Positions 38,094 through 48,456 are shown, counted from the stretch's first letter. The stretch: DNA of 64,000 nucleotides from Clostridia bacterium (GCA_017396845.1 JAFQKQ010000107.1:3453-67452), one strand, 5' to 3'. Notes: generated by a model from the letters alone, not told the origin. A program made the numbers and translations.

Positions 38094-39137
38094 TTACGCG
38101 CGGATATCCATCCAGATCTTATCGTAAATGCTCATGTACTCGGAGATATCATTGAAGAACTCGCATCTGGCTACGGCTTCATCGGAGGGATTCAGCGCTT
38201 CATAGGCCAGCTCTTCTTCGCTCATCATGTCGACAACGGCAGAAATGGGCGTGGAGTAGTAGATATACTGCATGTTCTTATAGGCGATATCGGGGCGGCA
38301 CATAAAGTCGATGAACTTATGCGCGGCTTCTACGTTTTTGCAGCTCTTCGGGATGCACATGGCGTCGACCCATACGTTCGAACCCTCTTCGGGAACAACG
38401 TACTCCAGAGAATCGTTCTCCATGATCGCGTACATCGCGTCGCCCGACCACATAACCGCCATCGCAGCTTCGCCGCCGATCATCTTATCCTTTACTTCAT
38501 CGACCAGATATCCCTGTACGATGCCGTCCTTTTTCTGCTGGATGAGCGCCTGCTTGGCCTCCTCCAGTGCTTCCGGCTCGCGGGTATTCAGGGAGTAGCC
38601 CAACATTTTCAGCGTTACGCCAATGGAGTCGCGGATGGAATCAAGCATGAATACGTCGCTGGAGTAGGACGGATCGAAAATGCTCTTCCAGCTGGTGATT
38701 TCCTCATCAACATAATCGGTATTATAGAGAATGCCCACCGTTCCCCACATGTAAGGTACGGAATGCACGCCGTTGGGATCGTAGGCAGGGGTCTTCATCC
38801 AGTCGATCACGCCCGCGGCATTGGGAAGAAGGGAGTAATCCAGTTCTACAAGCATGTCTTCCTTGATAAGGCGCTCAATCATATAATCCGACGGCATGAT
38901 CACGTCGTACTGTCCGCCACCTGCGGTCATTTTGACGTACATCTCCTCGTTGGTGGTGAAGTTGACGTAACGAACCTTAATGCCGGTTTCCTTTTCAAAC
39001 TCCTCAATTACGCTGTCGTCGATATAATCGTACCAGTTGTACACTGTCAGCGTTTCCTCGGCGCGCGCCTCAGGCGCGAAGCCCGAAAACAGAGTGACTA
39101 CAAGTGCCAGGGCGACAAGCAGGGAAAGCTTTTTCAT
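38094..39137 (-). CDS. potD: spermidine/putrescine ABC transporter substrate-binding protein
   Basis: A signal peptide is present. LTVYNWYDYIDDSVIEEFEKETGIKV is typical of PotD/PotF. It is the last gene of the pot operon. Confidence 0.9.
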   Translation of the reverse strand: MKKLSLLVALALVVTLFSGFAPEARAEETLTVYNWYDYIDDSVIEEFEKETGIKVRYVNFTTNEEMYVKMTAGGGQYDVIMPSDYMIERLIKEDMLVELDYSLLPNAAGVIDWMKTPAYDPNGVHSVPYMWGTVGILYNTDYVDEEITSWKSIFDPSYSSDVFMLDSIRDSIGVTLKMLGYSLNTREPEALEEAKQALIQQKKDGIVQGYLVDEVKDKMIGGEAAMAVMWSGDAMYAIMENDSLEYVVPEEGSNVWVDAMCIPKSCKNVEAAHKFIDFMCRPDIAYKNMQYIYYSTPISAVVDMMSEEELAYEALNPSDEAVARCEFFNDISEYMSIYDKIWMDIRA

Positions 39138-39156
39138 AGTTGGGTGTCCTCCTTTG

Positions 39157-39951
39157 TTATGATATGTTTTCCAGGTCGCTTCGTTTATTGATAATGATCA
39201 GAAGGATCAGAATCACGATAAACATGATGGTCGAAAGCGCGTAGATATTCGGCTTTACGCCGCGCTTTGCCGCCGCATACACGAGCATGGACAGGTTGTT
39301 CTGCTCGGAGGTAAAAAACGAAATGACGAAGTCGTCCAGAGACATTGTAAATGCGAGAAGGCCGCCGGTAACGATGCCGGGCCGGATTTCGGGAATGATG
39401 ACCTTCGTAAGCGCGCGAAGCGGCTTGCAGCCCAGATCCAGCGCCGCCTCGTATGTGTTCGGATTCATCTGTTTTAATTTCGGCATTACCGAAAACAAAA
39501 CGTAGGGTGTGTCAAATGTGATATGCGCAATCAGCATCGTCCAAAACCCGCGCGGCAGCGATATGAAGCCGTTTACAAACACGAACATCAGCATAAGGCT
39601 TACGCCGGTTACAATATCGGGCATGGTCATGGGAAGATATGAAAGATTGATCAGCGCCGCCGCATATCCCTTTTTTGCGGCGTGGATGCCGATCGCGCCA
39701 AGCGTTCCCAGGATTACGGAGATCACGGTCGCCAATATGGCAACGGCAAGGGTAAGCTTTAACGCTTCAATGATATCCGGGCTTTCAAAGATCAGCTCCT
39801 TATACCATTTAAACGAAAAGCCGCCCCACTTCGAACGGGTCTTCGACTCGTTGAACGATAATACGATCATGACCGCGATGGGCGAATAGAGGAGCACGAG
39901 GAGAAAGCCGAGATATGTGCCGCGAAGATATTTGTAAAGCCGCTTCACCAC
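39157..39951 (-). CDS. potC: spermidine/putrescine ABC transporter permease
   Basis: A six-TM permease with an EAA-type loop (YEAALDLGCKPLRAL). Confidence 0.9.
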   Translation of the reverse strand: MVKRLYKYLRGTYLGFLLVLLYSPIAVMIVLSFNESKTRSKWGGFSFKWYKELIFESPDIIEALKLTLAVAILATVISVILGTLGAIGIHAAKKGYAAALINLSYLPMTMPDIVTGVSLMLMFVFVNGFISLPRGFWTMLIAHITFDTPYVLFSVMPKLKQMNPNTYEAALDLGCKPLRALTKVIIPEIRPGIVTGGLLAFTMSLDDFVISFFTSEQNNLSMLVYAAAKRGVKPNIYALSTIMFIVILILLIIINKRSDLENIS

Positions 39952-40763
39952 TTTCCGCCTCCTTCTCCTTTATTGGGTTCGATCCGGTTCAAAAGGCCGA
40001 TCGAGAGCATGATGAGTATCATCATGAAAAGCGACAGCGCCGAGCCGAACGACCAGTCGTGCGATTCCATGAACTGCTTTTCGATCATATCGCCCAGCAG
40101 CATGAAATTTCCGTTTCCGAGCAGCCTTGATATGGCGAAAGTCGTAACCGCCGGCATGAACACCATCGTAATTCCGCTGATAACGCCGGGAACAGACAGG
40201 GGCAGCGTGACCCTTGCAAATACCCGGAAGGGATTTGCGCCCAGATCCTGCGCGGCTTCAATCACGCGCGTGTCCATCTTCTTAAGCGAGGTATGAATCG
40301 GAAGGATCATAAACGGCAGGAAGTTGTATACCATGCCGAAAAGCACAGCGCCCTCCGTTCCGATCATGTTGACGCGCTCAAAGCCCAGCTTTTCAAGAAC
40401 CGTATTGATGATGCCTCTGTTTTCAAGAAGCGACATCGTAGCATAGGTTCTCAGAAGGAAGTTCATCCACATGGGCAGTATGAAAAGCACAAACAGCATT
40501 TTGTATTTGGAAAAATCCTTGCTGGCAAGTATATACGCCGCCGGATATCCCAGCAAAAGACACAGCATCGTGCACATCAGCGCCAGCTTCACGCTTCTGA
40601 GAAACACCTTCATCGTGGTTGCGTCAAAGCAGCGGATAATGTTATCAAACGTAATTCCGCCGTCCGTCGTATGAAATGCGTAGAACACCACGAATATCAT
40701 CGGCGCGATGGTAAACAGTATCATCCACACGGCGTAGGGACCCGCAAAATAGCTACGCTTCAA
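39945..40763 (-). CDS. potB: spermidine/putrescine ABC transporter permease
   Basis: A permease with the EAA loop [15 protein letters not shown]. Confidence 0.9.
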   Translation of the reverse strand: MKRSYFAGPYAVWMILFTIAPMIFVVFYAFHTTDGGITFDNIIRCFDATTMKVFLRSVKLALMCTMLCLLLGYPAAYILASKDFSKYKMLFVLFILPMWMNFLLRTYATMSLLENRGIINTVLEKLGFERVNMIGTEGAVLFGMVYNFLPFMILPIHTSLKKMDTRVIEAAQDLGANPFRVFARVTLPLSVPGVISGITMVFMPAVTTFAISRLLGNGNFMLLGDMIEKQFMESHDWSFGSALSLFMMILIMLSIGLLNRIEPNKGEGGGKW

Positions 40764-41862
40764 TTTTCCCTTCCGCCTCCATCCTGCGCATGATGTGAAT
40801 ATTGGACGGAACGATTGAAAGGCCCACGCGGCTGCCCGCCGGGTACATGGTGGTGGAATGCACCTTCCACACGAAATCGCCCGTGTCCACCTTCATTTCG
40901 TAATGAACGCCCTTGAACAGCACGCTCTTTACCTCGCCCACCAGCATGCCTACGTCGCTGCCGATGAGCATAATGTCCTCGGGGCGGACCAGCACGTCGA
41001 CGGGCTCGTTCTCTTTGAAGCCCTCGTCCACGCATTCGAACACATGTCCCGCAAATTCCGCCTCGAAATCCTTATGCATTACGCCGGGGAGGATGTTGCT
41101 GTCGCCGATAAAATTGGCAACGAACGCATTTTTCGGCTCGTCATATATGCTCTTTCCGTCGCCGATCTGCTGAATACGCCCGCCGTTCATGATGACGATG
41201 GTATCCGACATCGTGAGCGCCTCTTCCTGATCGTGGGTAACATAGATAAATGTGATGCCGAGCTGCTGCTGCATGCTCTTAAGCTCCAGCTGCATTTCCT
41301 TGCGAAGCTTTAAATCCAAAGCGCCCAGCGGTTCATCCAGAAGCAGCACTTCCGGCTCGTTAACCAGCGCTCTGGCAATGGCGATTCTCTGCTGCTGACC
41401 GCCGGAGAGCGCGTCGACGCTGCGCTTTTCGTAGCCTTCCATTTTGACCAGCTTCAGCATTCTCCTGATTCTGCGGTCGATTTCTTCCTTTACCTGCTTG
41501 CGGGAAGGCTTTTTTACGTTCGGAAGCAGCTCCTCGGGCGTTTTGAGCTTGAGCCCGAAGGCGATATTGTCATAAACATTCAGATGGGTAAACAGCGCGT
41601 ATTTCTGGAAAACGGTGTTGACCCTTCTTCTGTACGGCGGCACCTTCTGAATATCCTTGCCGTCGAAAATCACCTGACCTGCGTCCGGCGTTTCAAATCC
41701 GCCGATGATTCTCAGCATCGTAGTCTTTCCGCAGCCGGAGGGACCCAGAAGCGTCACAAATTCGCGCCGTCTGATATACACGTTGATATTCTTAAGCACC
41801 TCGGTATCGCCGAAGGACTTGCTGATTGACTTAAGCTCTATGAGCTTCGTATCCTCGTACAT
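40753..41862 (-). CDS. potA: spermidine/putrescine ABC transporter ATP-binding protein
   Basis: The motifs are [17 protein letters not shown] and LLLDEP, followed by a C-terminal TOBE-like regulatory domain. Confidence 0.95.
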   Translation of the reverse strand: MYEDTKLIELKSISKSFGDTEVLKNINVYIRRREFVTLLGPSGCGKTTMLRIIGGFETPDAGQVIFDGKDIQKVPPYRRRVNTVFQKYALFTHLNVYDNIAFGLKLKTPEELLPNVKKPSRKQVKEEIDRRIRRMLKLVKMEGYEKRSVDALSGGQQQRIAIARALVNEPEVLLLDEPLGALDLKLRKEMQLELKSMQQQLGITFIYVTHDQEEALTMSDTIVIMNGGRIQQIGDGKSIYDEPKNAFVANFIGDSNILPGVMHKDFEAEFAGHVFECVDEGFKENEPVDVLVRPEDIMLIGSDVGMLVGEVKSVLFKGVHYEMKVDTGDFVWKVHSTTMYPAGSRVGLSIVPSNIHIMRRMEAEGKIEA

Positions 41863-41880
41863 AATACCTGTCTCCCGTCG

Positions 41881-42432
41881 TTAAAAACTCGGCGGCGTTG
41901 CCACCCAAATCATCCGGCACGGCGTTTTGCCCGCGTTTACAATGCGGTGTGGCTCCGTGGGCGTAAAATAAAAGCTTTCGTCCTTGCGCGCGCGGATGCG
42001 CCTCTCGCCCAGCTCTATTACGATGCTTCCGGCGAGCACATATCCGAATTCCTCGCCCTCGTGCGGATCCTGTAGCGCGCTTTCGCCGCCCGCGGCCATT
42101 TCAATCAGTATCGGCTCCATACTGTTTCTCTGCGCCGTGGGCACCAGCCAGCGAATATGGCCCTTCAGGCCTTCTTCGTCCTCCTTGACGCAGATATCAT
42201 TGTCGCCGAAGACGATTTTCTCATCGCCCGAACGCGCAAAAAACTGCGAAAGATCGCTTCCGAGGGAGGAAAGTATATCCTGAAGCGTCGCAATGGAGGG
42301 GGAAGTAAGATCCCTCTCGACAAGCGATATAAACCCCTTCGACAGCTCGCATCTGTCCGCCAGCTCCTCCTGCGTAAGCCCGCGCTGAAGCCTGAGCCTC
42401 CGGATTTTTTCGCCGATCTGCATTCGTTCCAC
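41881..42432 (-). CDS. XRE-family HTH plus cupin-domain transcriptional regulator (PuuR-like)
   Basis: The N-terminal HTH is IRRLRLQRGLTQEELADRCELSKGFISLVERD. The C-terminal cupin contains HEGEEFGYVLAG...H. Confidence 0.85.
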   Translation of the reverse strand: MERMQIGEKIRRLRLQRGLTQEELADRCELSKGFISLVERDLTSPSIATLQDILSSLGSDLSQFFARSGDEKIVFGDNDICVKEDEEGLKGHIRWLVPTAQRNSMEPILIEMAAGGESALQDPHEGEEFGYVLAGSIVIELGERRIRARKDESFYFTPTEPHRIVNAGKTPCRMIWVATPPSF

Positions 42433-42452
42433 CCCGCTTCATTCACTGTCTG

Positions 42453-42471
42453 AGTTTAGAGAAACTAAACT
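42453..42471. promoter_or_regulatory. inverted repeat AGTTTAG-N5-CTAAACT, a candidate operator just downstream of the pot-regulator promoter
   Basis: The 7-bp arms are at 42453-42459 and 42465-42471. Related TTTAGTAT half-sites occur at 42543 and 42565. Confidence 0.4.
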
Positions 42472-42485
42472 TCCATGCGGATAAT

Positions 42486-42514
42486 ATTAAACCACCAACT
42501 CATGAATTTGTCAA
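42486..42514 (-). promoter_or_regulatory. candidate promoter of the regulator-potABCD operon
   Basis: The minus strand reads TTGACA, a 17-nt spacer, then TTTAAT. Confidence 0.55.
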
Positions 42515-42714
42515 TGCATCATCTCTTCCAATGCGCGTTAAATTTAGTATAACTGAACCAAAAGTTTAGTATTATATCGCCCGCCTCCGCTCCCGAAATC
42601 CGCATCCAACCCCTCTGTCACAAAAAGCATATCCGAACATTTTTCAATAATCCAACAATTCATACGCCCCAAAATAAATTTCCCGTTAATCATAGCGTAC
42701 ACATCATTTCATCA

Positions 42715-42743
42715 TTGAGAAAGTAAATAAAACGTGATATAAT
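42715..42743 (+). promoter_or_regulatory. candidate promoter of the LRR surface-protein gene
   Basis: TTGAGA, a 17-nt spacer, then TATAAT. This leaves a leader of about 135 nt. Confidence 0.55.
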
Positions 42744-42886
42744 GGAAGCAACAACAACGATACGGCAAAAATGCGCCGAAACGGACAAATGACAGGCTTT
42801 GATTCATAATATGCATACGCGCATTTTCATACGGACTCCGCACGCACCCGTTCACCGGCATTCTTGAACAAATGGAGGAATTCACG

Positions 42887-45730
42887 ATGAAAAAACTCTG
42901 CACGGCCTCGCTTCTCCTTCTAAGTCTTCTTTTCATCCTCTTTTCGGCGTCCGCGCTGAAATCCGGCACCTTCGAATACACAGTAAACAGCGACGGCACC
43001 GCAACCATCACCGACTTCATTTCCAATACCAACCACGTCTCCATACCCTCTTCGATTCAGGGGTACACGGTTACCGTAATCGGCAGCAAGGCTTTCTCCA
43101 GCCACTCCAAGCTGGAATCCATAGAGATTCCGAACACCGTTACCGAGATCGGCGAACACGCCTTTACCTACTGCTCGAGCCTTAAAAGCATCACCATTCC
43201 CGGCTCCGTAAAAACCATACAGGCCTTTGCCTTCAACGACTGCGACAGGCTGATCGACGTTACCATCGAAGAAGGCGTTGAGAGCATTCAGAACCGAGCT
43301 TTTGCAAGCTGTAAGAATCTCGTCGAAGTTTCTCTCCCCGGAAGCGTTACATACATCGATGCGTACGCGTTTCATTCTCACAATGCAAAGCTTTCCTTCG
43401 CAGTGCCGGATAATTCCTACGCTCTCAGATACTGCAAGGATCAGTCTTTAACCTATAAAATCGAAGAGCGGGAACCCGTCGCCGTCAGCGATCCCTCCGT
43501 CAAGAAAACGGATAGCGGCATTATTTATGAAGTAACCGAAAACGATACGGTTACCATCCTCGGATACACCGGCAGCGAATCTACGCTATTAATCCCCGAT
43601 AAAATCGACGGCTATAAAGTTACCGCCATCGGCGATTATGCATTCAGAAAGAATTCCACACTCTCAAGCGTTAATTTCCCGAATACCCTGACCTCCATCG
43701 GCGACGGCGCGTTTCTTCTGTGCAAAAAGCTCAATTGGATTACCCTTCCCAGCAGCTTAACCCATATCGGTATTTCCGCATTTTCCGACTGCGAAGCGCT
43801 TTCCTGGATCGAAATTCCCAGCGGTGTAACCGTCATCAGCAACTATGCGTTTCAGAATTGCAAATCTCTTATGATGGTCACGCTTCCCGATACCCTCAAG
43901 GTCATTAAAAAGTACGCATTCAGTATGTGCGATAACCTCTACACGATCGAAATCCCCGATCAGGTAACCACCATCGGTGAAGCCGCCTTCTGGCACTGCG
44001 ACGCTCTTTATAAAGCCACCGTCCCGGAAAGCGTAACCTTCATCGGCAGCAATGCTTTTACCGGCTGCGCTTCTTTCCTCCAAATTCTCGTTCATCCCGA
44101 TTCCAAGGCCGAGCAGTATTGCCGGGAAAACCGGATCAGCAGCTCCCATATCGGCCCTCCCATTCCGGAAGGACTCGAATATTTCTACAACGATAACGGC
44201 ACTATTACCATTACGGGTTACACCGGTTCCGCATCAGAGATTGCTATTCCCGACATAATCGACGGCTTAACCGTTGCAACCATACGCGACAGAGCCTTCT
44301 TCGGCTGTACATCCCTTACGCAGATTTCGATCCCGGACAGCATTACCTATATCGGCGGCTCTGCATTCCGCGAGTGCACCTCTCTTGAAAGCATCGTCCT
44401 TCCCGACAGCGTGATATATATGGGCTCATCTGTGTTCTCAAAATGTACCTCCCTCAAAAGCATCACCCTTCCCAAAGGTCTTTCCTCCATCAGCAGCAAT
44501 TTGTTTGTCAATTGCCGTTCGCTTACGGAGATCGTTATTCCCGGCGCCGTTACCTCCATCGGCGAAATGGCATTCTCCGGCTGCACTGCTCTGACCTCCG
44601 TTCTCATTCCGGACAGCGTCACTGCCATCGAGAAGCACGGCTTCTATTCCTGCTCCTCTCTTTCAGAGATTGCCATTCCGGACAGCGTCGCTTCCATCGG
44701 CGACTGCGCATTTGAAGGCTGCGCCTCACTTACGCAGCTCACCCTTCCCAAAGCATTATCATCCATCGGCAATAACGCGTTCTCAGGCTGTCACGCTGAC
44801 CTTTCCGTGTTTGTATACCACGGCTCCTATGCCGCCGATTACTGCCAAAATAGCGGCGTTTCCTATGTATATCTGGATGCGCCGGCTGTAACGCCTACGC
44901 CCGAGCCTACCTTTACGCCCACGCCCGAGCCTACCTTTACGCCCACGCCCGAGCCCACCTTTACGCCTACCCCCGAACCCACCTTTACGCCTACCCCCGA
45001 GCCCACTTTCACGCCTACGCCCGAGCCCACTTTCACGCCTACGCCCGAGCCCACTTTCACGCCTACGCCCGAGCCGACAGAGACTCCGGCTCCCGCCCCC
45101 GCGTACGCATATACCTCCGGCGACTGGACCTACTATCTCTCCGGCGACGGCACCGCGTCCATTGAAAGATATATCGGAAGCGACAGCGAAGTATATATTC
45201 CGGAATCCATCGACGGCTATACCGTCGCGAAGCTGAATCCGGATTCGTTCAAATTCTGCAAATCCGTATCCGAAATATATATCCCGAACACTCTGGTTTC
45301 GATTCCCTCGAATCCTTTCACGGGATGCTGGCTGCTTTCCGCCTTCCATGTATCGGGCGACCACCCGGTATTTGAAGTAGCAAACGACGCGCTGATCGAT
45401 AAAACCGAACGCCGCCTTGTATGCTATCCGTCGATTTTCTCCGCATCCTCCTATGTCATTCCGGAGGGCATAGAGATCATCGGCTCTTACGCATTTGAAT
45501 ACTGCACGGAGCTTAGTGAAATTGTTCTTCCCACATCCCTCAGGGAAATCCACGATTATGCATTCTCCTGCTGCAGCTTCAGAATCATGAATCTCCCCGA
45601 AAACATCACTTTCATTTCAGATACGGCTTTCGATGACTGCTATCCCACCCCTGCCTTCATGGTATACGGTGATTCATATGCGGATGAATACTGCCGTAAA
45701 AACCGCCTGACCCACGGCTACCTGCCGTAA
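42887..45730 (+). CDS. secreted BspA-type leucine-rich-repeat protein: two LRR blocks joined by a (TPTPEPTF)n linker
   Basis: The signal peptide is [23 protein letters not shown]. There are many repeats of about 23 aa of the form I.IP.SVT.IG..AF..C..L. The start is the ATG at 42887, after GGAGGA. Confidence 0.85.
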   Translation: MKKLCTASLLLLSLLFILFSASALKSGTFEYTVNSDGTATITDFISNTNHVSIPSSIQGYTVTVIGSKAFSSHSKLESIEIPNTVTEIGEHAFTYCSSLKSITIPGSVKTIQAFAFNDCDRLIDVTIEEGVESIQNRAFASCKNLVEVSLPGSVTYIDAYAFHSHNAKLSFAVPDNSYALRYCKDQSLTYKIEEREPVAVSDPSVKKTDSGIIYEVTENDTVTILGYTGSESTLLIPDKIDGYKVTAIGDYAFRKNSTLSSVNFPNTLTSIGDGAFLLCKKLNWITLPSSLTHIGISAFSDCEALSWIEIPSGVTVISNYAFQNCKSLMMVTLPDTLKVIKKYAFSMCDNLYTIEIPDQVTTIGEAAFWHCDALYKATVPESVTFIGSNAFTGCASFLQILVHPDSKAEQYCRENRISSSHIGPPIPEGLEYFYNDNGTITITGYTGSASEIAIPDIIDGLTVATIRDRAFFGCTSLTQISIPDSITYIGGSAFRECTSLESIVLPDSVIYMGSSVFSKCTSLKSITLPKGLSSISSNLFVNCRSLTEIVIPGAVTSIGEMAFSGCTALTSVLIPDSVTAIEKHGFYSCSSLSEIAIPDSVASIGDCAFEGCASLTQLTLPKALSSIGNNAFSGCHADLSVFVYHGSYAADYCQNSGVSYVYLDAPAVTPTPEPTFTPTPEPTFTPTPEPTFTPTPEPTFTPTPEPTFTPTPEPTFTPTPEPTFTPTPEPTETPAPAPAYAYTSGDWTYYLSGDGTASIERYIGSDSEVYIPESIDGYTVAKLNPDSFKFCKSVSEIYIPNTLVSIPSNPFTGCWLLSAFHVSGDHPVFEVANDALIDKTERRLVCYPSIFSASSYVIPEGIEIIGSYAFEYCTELSEIVLPTSLREIHDYAFSCCSFRIMNLPENITFISDTAFDDCYPTPAFMVYGDSYADEYCRKNRLTHGYLP
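44891..45076 (+). repeat. 24-bp tandem repeat, about 7.7 copies, encoding TPTPEPTF
   Basis: Units start at 44891 and recur every 24 bp up to 45059. Three synonymous sub-variants occur (..CCTACCTTT, ..CCCACCTTT, ..CCCACTTTC). Confidence 0.95.
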
Positions 45731-45745
45731 GGCATAAGTAAACCT

Positions 45746-45785
45746 ACCCAAAGCCGGCCGATCACCAAATCGGCCGGCTTTGGGT
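45746..45785 (+). terminator. rho-independent terminator after the LRR gene
   Basis: The hairpin ACCCAAAGCCGGCCGA...TCGGCCGGCTTTGGGT is followed by ATTTAT. Confidence 0.7.
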
Positions 45786-45853
45786 ATTTATAAATGCGTT
45801 TTCTTCTGATATAATGGGAAAAGCAAAGACTCAATCGCGGGAGGCGAAGCGCC

Positions 45854-47107
45854 TTGCAGCTTTTATATGGAGCAATCGAAGATATAGACAGATGGATGGA
45901 CTTGGTAAAACAAGTCAGATGGAATTTTCCGGGACTGGAAACGGAGACGGCGTTTAAGGAACACCGCGAAACCGTACTTAAATTTATGGGAAAGCGGCAA
46001 GCCATCTGCGTAAAGGACGGAAGCAGGATCGCGGGCGTGATGCTGTTTTCAAGGGGAAAGAACATGATATGCTGCCTGGCCGTACTCCCTACTTACCGCA
46101 GACGCGGCGTCGCTTCGATGCTCATGGATGAAGCGCTGAAAAATCTTGACAGATCAAAGGAGATATCCGTATCCACTTTCAGAGCCGACGATGAAAAGGG
46201 CGCCGCTCCGAGGGCACTGTATGAGAAATACGGGTTTATCGAAGATCGGCTGATTGCGGAAATGAATTACCCGAATCAGAAATACATTCTCCATCCGGAG
46301 GGTTCTTTACGAAAAGACAGGCAGCTTGCGATAAACAGCATGGTTCAAAGAATCGTAAATAAACTCTCAGGCCTGCGCCCGTCTGTTTATCTGTACGGTT
46401 CAAGCGTTCTTGACGATTTCAGGCTCGGATGGAGCGATATCGACATACTGGTTCTTACAGATGGGCATATTTCAGAGGAACAGGCGGAAGCGCTGGTCCG
46501 CCTTCGCCAGGAAATGCTTATAGAGGAACCCGGAAATCCCTATTACCGCTTATTTGAGGGCGGCATTCTCCCGCTGGACAATTTTCTGACAAAAACACCC
46601 GGGCGCACGGTGTATTGGGGCACAAGCGGTGAACGGATCACCAATACATATGTATTTGACAGCTTTTCTGCGGCGCAGCTGATCGATCAGGGCGCGCTTT
46701 TATACGGAAAGGATATTCGGGATAAACTCTCCCGTCCCGATTTTCACGAGCTGTATGCCGCTGCTTTGCGCCATTATGAAACCATTCGAAAGTACGCCCG
46801 AGGCGCCGAGATCAGCCTATACTCCTTCGGCTGGCTGATGGACACGGCCCGGTGCATTTACACGCTTCGAACCGGCGGCATTATTTCTAAAACCGACGCC
46901 GCCGAATGGGCGCTTAAAAACAATCTCTGCCCCGACGCGGACATAATGAAAACCGCCCTCGCGGTTCGAAAAAATCCGCTAAAATATAAGTCCAGCCTGC
47001 AGGCCCTCATAAATGCCGATATGCTCTTTAAAGCGGTACAGCGCTTTGCGGATATTCTTGAAAGGGAATTAAAAACAAATCTGAAACAGAACCTGTCATA
47101 TCCCTGA
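45854..47107 (+). CDS. fusion protein: N-terminal GNAT acetyltransferase plus C-terminal aminoglycoside (AadA/ANT-like) nucleotidyltransferase module
   Basis: The GNAT motif A is LAVLPTYRRRGVASMLM, followed by YEKYGF. The NTase motif is LYGSSVLDDFRLGWSDIDILVL (GS...DxD), followed by a helical C-terminal domain. The TTG start lies 9 nt after GGGAGG. Confidence 0.75.
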   Translation: MQLLYGAIEDIDRWMDLVKQVRWNFPGLETETAFKEHRETVLKFMGKRQAICVKDGSRIAGVMLFSRGKNMICCLAVLPTYRRRGVASMLMDEALKNLDRSKEISVSTFRADDEKGAAPRALYEKYGFIEDRLIAEMNYPNQKYILHPEGSLRKDRQLAINSMVQRIVNKLSGLRPSVYLYGSSVLDDFRLGWSDIDILVLTDGHISEEQAEALVRLRQEMLIEEPGNPYYRLFEGGILPLDNFLTKTPGRTVYWGTSGERITNTYVFDSFSAAQLIDQGALLYGKDIRDKLSRPDFHELYAAALRHYETIRKYARGAEISLYSFGWLMDTARCIYTLRTGGIISKTDAAEWALKNNLCPDADIMKTALAVRKNPLKYKSSLQALINADMLFKAVQRFADILERELKTNLKQNLSYP

Positions 47108-47125
47108 ACTGGAAAGGAGCAACTT

Positions 47126-47695
47126 ATGTCTAAAACGCTGGTCATCATATTGGGCCCTCACGCCGTAGGGAAAATGACGGTAGGACAGGCGCTTTCAAAG
47201 ATTACCTCCCTTCGTCTGTTCCATAATCACATGTCGATTGAGCTTTCCAGAAAACTCTTCTCGCATTCGGAAAAAGAATGGGGAATTCTAAACGATACCA
47301 TTCGGCAAACCGTATTCGAGCTTTTTGCCAAAGGCGAGTTTCCGGGGCTGATATTTACATATATGTGCGCGTTCGATATGGAAAGCGAATTTGAATACCT
47401 GAAAAACCTGACAGAGCTTTTCAAGGCAAACGGCGCTAAATGCTGCGTAGTCGAACTGTGCGCCGATTTTGACGAAAGACTCATACGGAACAGAAGCGAA
47501 AACCGCCTGCTTCACAAAGAATCCAAGCGCGACCTTGAATGGAGCGAAAAGGAAATGATTCGAACGAGCAGCAAATACCGCTTGAATTCCTATGACGGTG
47601 AAAAGCTGCCGTTTGAAAATTACATCAAAATCGACAACACTCATCTGCCGCCGGAAGAAACCGCGATCATGATTAAAAATTACTTCGGCATTTAA
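47126..47695 (+). CDS. P-loop kinase-like protein (shikimate/chloramphenicol-phosphotransferase-like fold inferred)
   Basis: The N-terminus is LVIILGPHAVGKMTVG, a Walker A-like motif with Met after the Lys. The size of 189 aa fits. Confidence 0.65.
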   Translation: MSKTLVIILGPHAVGKMTVGQALSKITSLRLFHNHMSIELSRKLFSHSEKEWGILNDTIRQTVFELFAKGEFPGLIFTYMCAFDMESEFEYLKNLTELFKANGAKCCVVELCADFDERLIRNRSENRLLHKESKRDLEWSEKEMIRTSSKYRLNSYDGEKLPFENYIKIDNTHLPPEETAIMIKNYFGI

Positions 47696-47741
47696 AAGCT
47701 GTCTGCAAGGAAATTACGAGCATACAAGGTATATTTAGAAG

Positions 47742-47770
47742 AAATTCCACTTGTCAAACCGATTTTCCGG
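47742..47770 (+). promoter_or_regulatory. candidate promoter of the SGNH hydrolase gene
   Basis: TTGTCA, a 17-nt spacer, then TATGAT. Confidence 0.5.
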
Positions 47771-47854
47771 TTGTATGATAAAAGCGTTCTACGGAAGAAA
47801 AGTTCACAGCATAGGAAGTATTCTGAATCTGCTTAACGACAGGAGCGATTGATT

Positions 47855-48430
47855 GTGAAGAAAGTATTTTTAGTTGGCGATTCCATACGGCTGGGCTACG
47901 ATTCCTGCGTGCGCGATCTTTTGGAAAACGAAGCGCAGGTGTATTGGTCGAATGAAAATGCGCGCTTTGTCATGCATACGCTCAGGTATCTGCACGAATG
48001 GGCGCAGGTGGATTGCGATCCCGAAAAGATCGACGTCGTTCACTGGAACAACGGCCTTTGGGATGCGCTCCTCTTAACGGGCGACGGCACGTTTACCCCC
48101 ATAGAGCATTACGAACATGCGCTTCACAGAATCGCAAAGCGCATGAAGACGGTGTTCCCCAACGCAAAGATCATCTTCGGCCTCACAACAAGCGTCGTAA
48201 CCACCCGCGTAGAAAACTATGCGCTCGTTCGCAGGAATGAAGATATCGAGGCCTTTAACGAGGCCGCCCGCAGAGTTATGAAGGAGGAAGGCGTCTTCGT
48301 AAACGATCTGTATGCCGTTTCCTCTGCAATGCCCGACGATATGCATACCCCGGAAGGCGTGCATTTTACCCCGGAAGGCTATAAACTGCTTGCAGAGCAT
48401 GTGGTAAAGGCCGTAAGGGAAGTCATGTAA
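47855..48430 (+). CDS. SGNH/GDSL family hydrolase
   Basis: Block I is FLVGDSIRLGY (GDS), with a later WNNGLWD and a C-terminal D..H-type region. The GTG at 47855 is 9 nt after AGGAG, whereas the TTG at 47849 is too close to it. Confidence 0.8.
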   Translation: MKKVFLVGDSIRLGYDSCVRDLLENEAQVYWSNENARFVMHTLRYLHEWAQVDCDPEKIDVVHWNNGLWDALLLTGDGTFTPIEHYEHALHRIAKRMKTVFPNAKIIFGLTTSVVTTRVENYALVRRNEDIEAFNEAARRVMKEEGVFVNDLYAVSSAMPDDMHTPEGVHFTPEGYKLLAEHVVKAVREVM

Positions 48431-48456
48431 ATCGCAGACCGCTTCGAATATCAAGC

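Noticed and set aside
44863-45060. A 65-aa minus-strand ORF encoding (KVGSGVGV)n.
   Set aside because: It is simply the antisense reading of the 24-bp TPTPEPTF linker repeat inside the LRR gene.
45718-46065. A 115-aa minus-strand ORF bridging the LRR terminator and the start of the GNAT-NTase gene.
   Set aside because: - It crosses a strong plus-strand terminator hairpin.
- It overlaps a well-supported gene start.
- It has no RBS or motif.
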